From an uncultured Elusimicrobia bacterium (GTDB lineage: Bacteria; Elusimicrobiota; Elusimicrobia; 2-01-FULL-59-12): a stretch of DNA of 64,000 bases. The notes under the pieces are model-generated. The model ran no database searches. It was not told the origin of the DNA and saw nothing but the letters and a program-made list of their open reading frames with translations. Below, piece after piece: positions 19,235 to 27,645 of this stretch; position 1 is the first letter of the stretch, and every line of letters starts with the position of its first letter. The position numbers and the translations under genes are program-made. Location of the stretch: assembly GCA_963702895.1 (NCBI GenBank), contig OY969767.1, positions 1,472,001 through 1,536,000 on the forward strand. Direction: 5' to 3'.

Positions 19235-21866
19235 CCGGATCCTGCGGGGCGAGCCGCTGAACTTTTTGCCAGGTGCGCCCGGCTTCGGCCTCTTGCCCCA
19301 GCCGTTGCTGGACTGCGGCGAGGTTTTTCAGGACGCGCACGTTGTCCGGCGCGACCCAAAGACTCAACCGATACGCCCGCGAGGCCCCAGCCCCATTGCC
19401 CCTGACGAAGCGGACGTTGCCCAAGTTTTCGAACATCTCCGCGTTGAAATGCCGGTGCGAGCCGTCCCAGCGTTCACGCAACACATCATTCTCGCGTGCC
19501 CGGCATTTCCAAGCATAGAGGGATTCGAGATAGAGCTGCTCGGCAGTCTCCTGACGCTGGGCGACTTCCGTTGCCCGGCCGCGCATCTGGGCGATCTCCG
19601 CGAGTTGAAGTTGGACCCAGGCGGCCCGCGCGTAGTTCGGTTCGAACACGGGGTCAATGGCATGATATTTCGAAAAATACAGGAGCGACTGCTTCCAGGA
19701 GGCCTCGGCCTGCTGAAGCGCTGCCTCCGCCTCTGCCATACGGCCCTGTCCGCGGAGCGTGTCGAACTGTTGGCGCTCGCCCTGTCCTTTCTTTAAGTAC
19801 ACAAGTCCCGCCTGGTGATGGGTCTGCACATAATTGGGAGCGATGGACCAGACGCGGCCGTATTCGTGCATGGCACGCTCAACGTCGCCGGGGCCCCAGC
19901 GGTCGGTGTACACATTGCCCATGAAGTAGTAAGCCATGATGTAATTGGGATTAAGGGCCACAACCTTCGCGTAATTCTCGAGGGCCTCCGGCCATTTGCC
20001 CTGTTTGGAGAAGTAGATGCCCCGATTGTGATAGACGTCTGCCATAAAGTATCCCCAGAAATGCTGAAGCGGCCAGAACATCACCAGGAGCAAGACGAGA
20101 TGCCCATACACATGACGCAGAGACAGTCCCACACGCACGAGCATCCACCAGAATCCCGCGACGGTTGTCAGCACCGCGACCCAAGCGATCAACCAGAGGA
20201 GCTGCTCGCCCATCGATCCAGCCATGGGCCGCTGCGCTTCGTTAAACTGTGTCAAGACCATCCAAGTCACATAGCCAAAACCGGCCAGACATAAGCCTCG
20301 ACCGATCTGGAGAAGCCAAGGCGGATGCGCTGGATTCAACAGGTCTTCGGGAGGAATCGGGCCCTGCGCCTCAGAAACCGGCATCGGATCATGCACGACC
20401 ATAGCGCCGATGAGTCCCGCGAGCAGCCACAAAAAGATGCCCGATGACACAAAACGCAAACTCACATCCACGGAATTGTGCATGAGCATGCCCCAAAAGG
20501 CGGCCAGGACCCCCAGCATGTAATAGGAACGCGGATCTTGGGAAATCTTTCTTTTTCCCGACACCGGGTCGCGAATGGTAAGGCCAGCGGTGAAGCGCCC
20601 GAGCGCTCGGACGCCGAGGACAGAGAAGGTGGCGATCATCCAAAGGAAAAGACCGAAGCCAACGATACCCTCGTCCTGCAGCACTTCCCAGTATTCGTTC
20701 TCCGCGTGATCGGTTTCGGTGTTGTGTTTGCCTTCGATATGGAAGATCTGAACACGCCGGACAGCGGGGTAGAGAATGCGGAAACTTCCGATCCCATTGC
20801 CCCAGATGGGATTCCACTGCGCCATTTCCCAGGTGGAGACCCAGGTGGCCACGCGGAACCGGACCGAGGTGATGCGGCGCCTCGAAGAAAGCCCAACGGC
20901 GACCACACCGAAGAGGAGAATCAAGACGGCAGACCACAAAAGCTGCTTGCGGACTTTCTCGGACTTGAACTGAGAGAAATAGAAGACGACGAGCATGAGG
21001 AAGGAAAGCACGGCAACGGTGTAGCCAATCCACGACCCTTTGGATTCCGCCACAACGACGCAGAAGGTGATGAGGAAGAATAACAATCCGAGAAAAGAGA
21101 ACCGGATCAGCGCAAACAACGCGAACGCGCACAAGAGCAGGGTGAAGAAGACGGCATTCCAGCTGGACAGGTTTGCCAACGCCAGGAATTCTCGGTGGTG
21201 CCAAAGAAGAATCGACACAGCGCCTGCCGACAAGATGAAGAATATGAGAGAAATGGGCTTTTCGGGGTTGCGTTTCAGCAAGAGGGCCAGCGTAATGGGC
21301 GTCAGGATGACCAGGAAGTTGCCAAAGAAGTTAGGGTTGCCGAAGGTGGAGAAGATTTTGCCACCAAAGGCTTGGCGCCACACAAATGGATCGAGACCGG
21401 GCTGTGGCAAGGGAAAGAAGAAGATGTCGAGATACTGAATGAGCCCGTAGAGGGTGGCGATGGAGACGGCGATGAGGAGATAGAGGATGAGGCGTCGCAA
21501 GCGCTCAACCGTTGAGAATTCCCGAAGCGCGATCAGCGCAAAATGCACGTAAAAAACCCGGCGCAGGGTTTCCTCGAGGCCGCCGCCGGGGTAGGCGCAA
21601 TGCGTAAACGCGAGAAGCCCCGAGGCGAGGCACGCCAAAAAGGGGATGGCGACAAGCGCGTAGCGCTCCCACTGTCCTTTCCAGTCACTGAGGAGGCGCA
21701 CGGACCAGAAGCCGATGAGAACGACGCCGCCCATCTGCACGATCGTGATTTTGACCTGCGCGGAATCGTAGGTGTGCAGATAAAAGGCAATGGAAGTCAG
21801 CAGGTAGAGAAAGGGCAGCGCGTAGGACAAAGCCCGGCTGCTGAGGCGCGCCGTTAAGCGATCCAC
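19191..21866 (-). CDS. O-antigen ligase (Wzy_C) family membrane protein with C-terminal TPRs (paralog)
   Basis: STFGNPNFFG, SKGSWIG, WGNGIGSF, HAENE, TPRs; GTG start 21866 chosen to avoid overlap. Confidence 0.85.
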   Translation of the reverse strand: MDRLTARLSSRALSYALPFLYLLTSIAFYLHTYDSAQVKITIVQMGGVVLIGFWSVRLLSDWKGQWERYALVAIPFLACLASGLLAFTHCAYPGGGLEETLRRVFYVHFALIALREFSTVERLRRLILYLLIAVSIATLYGLIQYLDIFFFPLPQPGLDPFVWRQAFGGKIFSTFGNPNFFGNFLVILTPITLALLLKRNPEKPISLIFFILSAGAVSILLWHHREFLALANLSSWNAVFFTLLLCAFALFALIRFSFLGLLFFLITFCVVVAESKGSWIGYTVAVLSFLMLVVFYFSQFKSEKVRKQLLWSAVLILLFGVVAVGLSSRRRITSVRFRVATWVSTWEMAQWNPIWGNGIGSFRILYPAVRRVQIFHIEGKHNTETDHAENEYWEVLQDEGIVGFGLFLWMIATFSVLGVRALGRFTAGLTIRDPVSGKRKISQDPRSYYMLGVLAAFWGMLMHNSVDVSLRFVSSGIFLWLLAGLIGAMVVHDPMPVSEAQGPIPPEDLLNPAHPPWLLQIGRGLCLAGFGYVTWMVLTQFNEAQRPMAGSMGEQLLWLIAWVAVLTTVAGFWWMLVRVGLSLRHVYGHLVLLLVMFWPLQHFWGYFMADVYHNRGIYFSKQGKWPEALENYAKVVALNPNYIMAYYFMGNVYTDRWGPGDVERAMHEYGRVWSIAPNYVQTHHQAGLVYLKKGQGERQQFDTLRGQGRMAEAEAALQQAEASWKQSLLYFSKYHAIDPVFEPNYARAAWVQLQLAEIAQMRGRATEVAQRQETAEQLYLESLYAWKCRARENDVLRERWDGSHRHFNAEMFENLGNVRFVRGNGAGASRAYRLSLWVAPDNVRVLKNLAAVQQRLGQEAEAGRTWQKVQRLAPQDPDVQRLFHGNPPIRP

Positions 21867-21923
21867 GGTATCACCCAGGATGAAGAAATTGACTCTCGAG
21901 AGACCATTTGATCTGATTAGCGT

Positions 21924-22865
21924 ATGTACTATAGAAATAAAATCGGATCTCTTCAAAAGATATTCGGCACAAGCGACCTCGAACTCCAAGAACACGCTCT
22001 GCGCGTAGGCGCCCAAACGTTCCCGATCCACCAGGACGTCATCGATTTACTCTCCTCGCGTCACGGGCCACACTTTGCCGAAGACATTCAGTTTACTTTT
22101 GGCGAAGAATGGAAAGCACATGGCGAGGTGCGGCCCGAACACGCGCAAGAATTCGCCCAATATTTTGACCTGGTTGACTTGCCGTCGCTCCAAAACAAGC
22201 GCGTCTGCGATCTGGGGTGCGGCAGCGGCCGCTGGAGCACCTTTTTAAAAGACCGCTGCCGCGAACTGGTCCTCATCGATTTTTCAGAGGGCATCTATGT
22301 CGCCCGCAAGAACCTCCAAGGCGCGGACCACTGTATTTTTATCAGAGCCGATCTCACACAGCTTCCCCTTGCAGACGATTTCGCAGACTTTTTGTTTTGC
22401 CTGGGGGTCTTGCACCATCTGCCTGTACCGTGTCTGGAGGCGACGCGCGCGCTCCGGCGCTTGGCCCCCAAACAATTGATCTTCCTCTATTATGCCTTGG
22501 ACAACCGGCCCTTCTATTTTCGCGTCCTCTTGGCCATCGTCACAGCCGTCCGAATGGCCCTGGCGCGCGTGCGCCTTCCCTTTCTGCGAAAAGTGTTTTC
22601 TCTTTTCGGGGCGGTGTTCCTCTACCTTCCGCTCATCCTGATGGGACACCTTCTGGACTGGGTGGGCCTCGGACAGGCGGTACCTCTCTATGAGTTTTAT
22701 AAAGGGAAAAGCCTGGGAAGGATTCAGCAGGACGTGTATGACCGTTTTTTTACGCGTATTGAGCAGAGGGTCTCAAAAGCCCAAATCCTTGAGCTTAAGA
22801 AGGACTATGCCCAGGTCCTGGTGTCCGAGAAACTCCCTTACTGGCATTTTCTTCTGGTGAGGTAG
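21924..22865 (+). CDS. Class I SAM-dependent methyltransferase
   Basis: FGEEW, VCDLGCGSGRW, GVLHHLP. Confidence 0.9.
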   Translation: MYYRNKIGSLQKIFGTSDLELQEHALRVGAQTFPIHQDVIDLLSSRHGPHFAEDIQFTFGEEWKAHGEVRPEHAQEFAQYFDLVDLPSLQNKRVCDLGCGSGRWSTFLKDRCRELVLIDFSEGIYVARKNLQGADHCIFIRADLTQLPLADDFADFLFCLGVLHHLPVPCLEATRALRRLAPKQLIFLYYALDNRPFYFRVLLAIVTAVRMALARVRLPFLRKVFSLFGAVFLYLPLILMGHLLDWVGLGQAVPLYEFYKGKSLGRIQQDVYDRFFTRIEQRVSKAQILELKKDYAQVLVSEKLPYWHFLLVR

Positions 22866-22887
22866 GCAAGACGCCAATCTTTAAGAC

Positions 22888-23102
22888 GTTACCCCGGCGA
22901 AAGCCGGCCCTCCACACATCCGGCGGGCCGTCCGCCCTGCCGTGTGGCGGACGCGGTCTATCATGTTACGACGTAAATGATGGATCCGACACACTACAGT
23001 CGGACGCCTGTTGTGTGGCGTCCCGGCTTTCGCCGGGATGACGGACTAAAAAGTGCACGATGCTCAGACGATAGGATAAACTCAAGTGAAGATTCCCGGT
23101 TA
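22888..23102. repeat. REP-like doublet (22888-23042) with two nested dyads and a right MITE-like tail ending CCCGGTTA
   Basis: GTTACCCCGGCGAAAGCCGG...CCCGGCTTTCGCCGGGATGAC-GGACTAAAAAGT...GATTCCCGGTTA. Confidence 0.88.
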
Positions 23103-24062
23103 ATCGAGACGCGCTTTGAAGCGCCAGCCGATCGTGACACGGTGGGTCGTTCCGAGGTCGCCGAGAGGGATGAATGCGTAGTCTAAGGAAAGCTGTTTCT
23201 GGCGAAGCCCCACGCCTGCGCTAAAATCGGAAAGCCCCCCCAAGTCGGGCCGCGAGAAAGCATAACGATAACCCAGGCGGAAGGAGAAGAAGCGCCGCGG
23301 GTTGACCTCGATGCCGGCATCAATTTCTCCTTCCATGTCCATCCGTTTGACGTAATCCAAGGCCAGCAGCCACTGCGCGAAGGGTTGCCCGGAGATGCCT
23401 GCCCGAAAGGTCCACGGCAGCTTGACGGAGGCTTCCGAGAAGCGTGACGCAAAACCAAGATTCAATAAGGAAGCACCCAGATTCCAAGCATGCTCATCTT
23501 GGAGTTGATACATGATCCCGGCATCAACGGCCCCGGCGTTGGAGGACGCGTCCGCGAGCGATTCACGGATAAACTTGACGGTCCCCCCCACTTGAAGGTC
23601 GTCGGCGACAGGGCCTGCGCCGGAAAGGCCCAGGGACAGGTCATACGTGGATAAATCACCCGTTTCGCTAAAGCCTTCCCCTGTGTCGAGGCCCGTCGCG
23701 ACCGTGCGAGTGATCTGTCCGACCCGCAGGTAGTTCGCAGAAAGGCCCCAGCTGAGCGTCTTGTCACGGCCCGCTTGACCCAAGAGCACCGCCTCTTGAA
23801 CCGTGTCTTCAACATAGCTCAGGTGCTGGAAAGAAATTTGAGAAGCGATCATCGTGGCGAGACCCGCTGGGTTGTAGGGGAGCCCCTGGACATCATTCGG
23901 GACGGATGTAAAGGCTTGGCCCATGGCGGTGGAGCGCGCGCCAACGGGGATATTAAGGAACGCGAAACTGGACGTTCCGCTCGTCTGATCGGCTGGCAAA
24001 GAAGGGGTGACCACGGCGAGGCAGGCGGCCACGCCACAGGCCAAACGGAAACGGGACCTCAT
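23100..24062 (-). CDS. PorV/PorQ (UPF0164) family outer-membrane protein
   Basis: FLNIPVGARSTAMGQAF, YNPAGL, GDLGTTHRVTIGWRF; signal peptide. Confidence 0.88.
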   Translation of the reverse strand: MRSRFRLACGVAACLAVVTPSLPADQTSGTSSFAFLNIPVGARSTAMGQAFTSVPNDVQGLPYNPAGLATMIASQISFQHLSYVEDTVQEAVLLGQAGRDKTLSWGLSANYLRVGQITRTVATGLDTGEGFSETGDLSTYDLSLGLSGAGPVADDLQVGGTVKFIRESLADASSNAGAVDAGIMYQLQDEHAWNLGASLLNLGFASRFSEASVKLPWTFRAGISGQPFAQWLLALDYVKRMDMEGEIDAGIEVNPRRFFSFRLGYRYAFSRPDLGGLSDFSAGVGLRQKQLSLDYAFIPLGDLGTTHRVTIGWRFKARLD

Positions 24063-24228
24063 GAAGGGAAACAACCCATGCGCGGTTTATGTATATCAGG
24101 GGGGATGGCGCGCGGTCAATACAAAACTGACCTTAAAAAGAAAGGAATTTTCGAGCAAAAGAGCATCGCCAAACGGTGCAAAGCGAGGGTGCGGATGGTG
24201 TGTGGGGCCTATGACGCTCGAAGGGTTC

Positions 24229-24756
24229 TCAAAAGGCCCCCCATTTCTGTTTGCCGGGGATCCAGTAGCTCGGGCAGATAAAACGTAAGGCGCGCGCGAA
24301 TTTCTGAGCCCGCTCGAGAGAGGCCTCTCGTTTTGCGACGGCTCCCGCGAGGTCCTTCGAGAAGAGTTGGTGGAGATACTCTTCAGCCGCCTGCTTCCGT
24401 TCCGCTTCCGTCTTGAATTGCTTCCGAATGGCCGCGAGCTCCCCGACATCAAGCCAAACGCCTCCACAGGCGGGGCAATCATCGATCTCAATTTCTTGCC
24501 GCACCGTAAAATAATGCCGGAAAAGCGTCTGATCCTGACATCGGGGACACAGCCGTTTGAGATTATGGTTTACGGGGATACGGTCGTGTGGGCTCATGTT
24601 CAGCAAAGGCTCACCAAGAGATTCATGTGCTTCATCCACTTTCTTGAGTTCAAAGTTGTCCAACCAAATACCTCCACATCTTTGATCACAGATATCGACC
24701 GCTAAATCGGCTTGCTGCATCTCTTTTAGCACTCCATCACATGCGGGACATTTCAT
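24229..24756 (-). CDS. Tandem zf-TFIIB zinc-ribbon protein
   Basis: CPAC...CDQRCGGIWLD and CPRC...CPACGGVWLDVGEL. Confidence 0.88.
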   Translation of the reverse strand: MKCPACDGVLKEMQQADLAVDICDQRCGGIWLDNFELKKVDEAHESLGEPLLNMSPHDRIPVNHNLKRLCPRCQDQTLFRHYFTVRQEIEIDDCPACGGVWLDVGELAAIRKQFKTEAERKQAAEEYLHQLFSKDLAGAVAKREASLERAQKFARALRFICPSYWIPGKQKWGAF

Positions 24757-24795
24757 GAGCGTGCCTCCTTGTTAGTTTCAAACTGAACGACCTGC

Positions 24796-24875
24796 TAGCC
24801 GGGAAACTGCCGTTGCCGTCAGCCGGCCCTCCACACATCCGGCGCCCGCCACACGTCTAGCGAGGCCTCGCCGGA
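24796..24875. repeat. Internally deleted copy of the MITE/REP element
   Basis: TAGCCGGGAAACTGCCGTTGCCGTCA-GCCGGCCCTCCACACATCCGGCG. Confidence 0.75.
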
Positions 24876-24878
24876 TCA

Positions 24879-25241
24879 TCAGAAAATCCGGACACGGCGC
24901 TTGTGAAAATCAATCGTGAGCCGGCGCTCTTCCAATAAGCGTGTCCCAATCAAAATATCTTTTGCATGCGAAGCGACGGTATCGACTTCCTGGGTTCTCC
25001 CAAACCATCGAATTCGTCCGACAAATACTTTTTCTCGAACCACATCGCCGGTCGCAATCTCGTACGACTCATATCCGATCCAACGCCAACCCAATCGTTG
25101 AATCAGAGATTCAGGCAGACTTAACGTGCCGTTGAATCCTGTGTCGATGACGGCGGAGTGAGATTGAGAACGATTCGTGGAAAACAGAAGGAAGATTCGG
25201 ACGACGGGCTCACCACGGGAATTAACATGCCCTTTGAGCAT
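24879..25241 (-). CDS. Clan AA aspartic protease (AF_0612-like)
   Basis: AVIDTGFNGTLSLP ... ILIGTRLL. Confidence 0.88.
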   Translation of the reverse strand: MLKGHVNSRGEPVVRIFLLFSTNRSQSHSAVIDTGFNGTLSLPESLIQRLGWRWIGYESYEIATGDVVREKVFVGRIRWFGRTQEVDTVASHAKDILIGTRLLEERRLTIDFHKRRVRIF

Positions 25242-25484
25242 CTACCCGTGTCGGCGCAATTTATGAACGGCAGGATAGCCGATCCGGAAAAAGTCAAATA
25301 CTTTGTTTGGAAATGCCGTCATCGCGTGCCGGGCGGCTTCCAGGACATCCTTTCCCAAAAAGTACTGTCCAGAATCGGGCTCGACAGCGACAACCTGTCC
25401 TTTATGATCGGCGAGCAGGCGCCGTTCCACTTGGCGGAAGAGTTTAGAGGCTTTTCGAAATTTCTGGAGTTCTTTTTTGCTCAC
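25242..25484 (-). CDS. Small DUF5678-like partner protein of the aspartic protease
   Basis: KGQVVAVEPDSGQYFLG...RIG; abuts the protease gene. Confidence 0.7.
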   Translation of the reverse strand: MSKKELQKFRKASKLFRQVERRLLADHKGQVVAVEPDSGQYFLGKDVLEAARHAMTAFPNKVFDFFRIGYPAVHKLRRHG

Positions 25485-25681
25485 GGTGACTCATATTTTA
25501 ACATACTCTTGCGTCGCTTGAGGCGGGGTCACCATCGCCACGCGCTAGCGCTAGGCGATGGCCAACGACACCTTCGCTCAATGGCGAAGGAGGTCGGTCT
25601 CGTGACACACAGGGCCGACGGTACCAGCTGTCCCGTCCCCTATATACGTTCGAAAATCGCTGGCTCACACAACGGACCTGC

Positions 25682-25769
25682 AGCCGGGGATCGGATTTCC
25701 CGCCACTACACCGTTGGCGGGTCCGCCAGAGCTTCGGTGGCGGAGAACCGACGACCACCTGTTTACGAA
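25682..25769 (-). pseudogene. Orphan 3' half of tRNA-Thr(CGT) with a 46-bp insertion in the T-loop
   Basis: TTCGTAA-ACAGG-TGGTC-GTCGG-TTC[46 nt]AAAT-CCGAT-CCCCGGC-T. Confidence 0.8.
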
Positions 25770-25858
25770 TTCTTTGGGACGCCACTCACGATCATTTGGA
25801 ATCCAATTGATTACAAATATGAAAACCTAAATTCTCGGTTTTCCGCCGCAGCCAGGAT

Positions 25859-25967
25859 TCCAAGATTCTTCCAACATTACTCCAAGATTTGGTCGACGTC
25901 ATTCCAAGAAAAGCCTGATCTTGTACTACAAAAGAAATCCAAGATCATCGGATACAGATTCCAAGTT
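25859..25967 (+). repeat. Phased TCCAAGAT-like direct repeats
   Basis: Copies at 25859, 25870, 25881, 25903, 25938, 25960. Confidence 0.6.
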
Positions 25968-26511
25968 ATTGTCGGAGTGTCATCCCGGATTGATCGGCGC
26001 GGACAAACATCCCCATCACATCCAAATCGGAGACGTTTAAATCTTCATCCTTTGGCGGAAGGGTCTGGGTTCCGAGAGGCCGCGTATAGGACAGAATGTA
26101 GTTCAAGAATTCGCCTGAAGGACTCCGCCATTGTCCTGACCACGTCAGGATTACGAGTTGTCTGTTATTAGCGGAAACAATTTTCCGTTTCCATTTCCAC
26201 AATGTGACCGGCGGTTCTTTTGATTTAACTTGGTCTGTCTTAAGCGCCTGCCACCTGTCCCGCGCCAGCGCATTGGACAACTCTGCGATCACATCAGAGG
26301 CCGGATAGCTCGCCTTCACTCTATAAATCACCTGATCAGGTTGCCATCCATTTGGATATTGGCACTCCAAGTACTCGACGTCGGTGGCTCCCTTGACAGC
26401 GAAAAGCGATTTCGGATGATCTTGCGGGTTGGGATGGCATTCCAGAGCGTACGTCAGTTGAATGAGCGCGGTGAGGAGAGCAGCGGCAAGAAGACAGCCG
26501 ATTCGACTCAT
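25966..26511 (-). CDS. Hypothetical secreted protein
   Basis: 181-aa ORF with an N-terminal signal-peptide-like segment. Confidence 0.7.
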   Translation of the reverse strand: MSRIGCLLAAALLTALIQLTYALECHPNPQDHPKSLFAVKGATDVEYLECQYPNGWQPDQVIYRVKASYPASDVIAELSNALARDRWQALKTDQVKSKEPPVTLWKWKRKIVSANNRQLVILTWSGQWRSPSGEFLNYILSYTRPLGTQTLPPKDEDLNVSDLDVMGMFVRADQSGMTLRQ

Positions 26512-26661
26512 TATTCCGGCCTCCTATTCCTAGAAGAGGTATTCCAAGGCCATTGCGTCGTAATTGTCACATCGGTTTCGACATACGTTGCGCTAGCCAC
26601 GGGAGACGCCTCAAATTCTGGGAAATTTTGCTGATAAGCGCCACTTCCCACAAAAAAATTA

Positions 26662-26744
26662 AGCCGGGGAAGGGACTCCCCGCCACTGAGTCTCTGGCGT
26701 TCCCGCCAATGCCGTAGTGGCGGGGAACCCACGACCTTCTCTTT
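26662..26744 (-). pseudogene. Second orphan tRNA-Thr-like 3' half with a 46-bp T-loop insertion
   Basis: GAAGGTC-GTGGG-TTC[46 nt]GAGT-CCCTT-CCCCGGC-T. Confidence 0.7.
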
Positions 26745-26823
26745 CCGCCCCCATCCTAATTTCGTAAACCTCAAAACTCTTTACCGTCTGGGGTCGTCTG
26801 ATGGTGGTTCCCATCGTAAAATA

Positions 26824-26896
26824 AGCCGAGGATCGGACTTGAACCGACAACATCTCCCTTACGAAGGGAGTGCTCTACCAATTGAGCTACCTCGGC
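26824..26896 (-). tRNA. tRNA-Thr(CGT), no encoded CCA
   Basis: GCCGAGG acceptor stem, GCTC/GAGC D-arm, CTCCC-TTCGTAA-GGGAG anticodon arm, GTCGG-TTCAAGT-CCGAT T-arm. Confidence 0.96.
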
Positions 26897-27128
26897 GTAA
26901 ATCGGTCGCTTTAGTTGCCTTAAATTTGCTCGTAACATCGGTAAACGCTTCATCGATTTTCGAATCGATCCGATCTGCGCTTTTAAAACGCAAATCTTAG
27001 ACCAACGTGAATACATCCCGTGAGAGTAGGCCATCCAGCCTACGTCACCCACCCAGTTCTCAGTAGCCTTTTGTTAGCGGCAATTTGAACCTATGCCAGC
27101 TTGTAAAGCAGGAACAGCCATAGTGTAA

Positions 27129-27425
27129 TTATCGCCGAGCAGATTCCCAGCGCTTAGCGGCCAGCGTAAAAGCATGGCGATGTTTTGACCAATCATGCAA
27201 GATCGCTGGATCAAAATCAGCGCCATTGGGCCACACAAGCGTGTGAACTTCGCGGTCAAGGCGAACTCGATTAAAGACCCTTGGATTTTTTAATGGCCCG
27301 TAAAGGTCCCCAGCCAGAACAGGCTGGAAATCAATTGTTCGCTTGCATTGATCATCGAACGATATTTCCAAGGTGTAAGGACCTGCCTTTTTAAACGATC
27401 GAATTTTATAAATGGAATGTTTCAT
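27129..27425 (-). CDS. DUF2442 protein (putative DhiA-like antitoxin)
   Basis: LEISFDD...GDLYGPLKNPRVF...TLVWPNGADFDP. Confidence 0.88.
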   Translation of the reverse strand: MKHSIYKIRSFKKAGPYTLEISFDDQCKRTIDFQPVLAGDLYGPLKNPRVFNRVRLDREVHTLVWPNGADFDPAILHDWSKHRHAFTLAAKRWESARR

Positions 27426-27645
27426 AATCGCCTCACTTAAGCGGTTTAATAGGCTCTGGCTTCCGCCCAGCTTGCAATCTCTGCCAGTCCAGCATCAATT
27501 CTTTCCTATGAAGTTCTGCCCATGCCTCGACTAACCGACGCTGTCTTTTTGGGAGAGAGCCGGATATTGTTTCAATCGGATCAATCCCATAAACAGCCAC
27601 GTGCTCCTGATAATAGGCGTGAAAATGTGCTTTATGGTGTCGACC

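Noticed and set aside
21867..22031. Extended N-terminus of the second O-antigen ligase ORF (likewise spoIID to 14052 and yhhJ to 43857)
   Set aside because: These overlap neighbouring real genes, and better downstream starts exist.
25158..26171. 337-aa plus-strand ORF
   Set aside because: It runs antisense across recognisable genes, a tRNA relic and repeats, and has no motifs.
26511..26774. Similar peptides VVGSPP...SGG...PRL in ORFs 26511..26774 and 25498..25785
   Set aside because: The similarity comes from translating the tRNA 3' relics plus the 46-bp insert; it is not a protein family.
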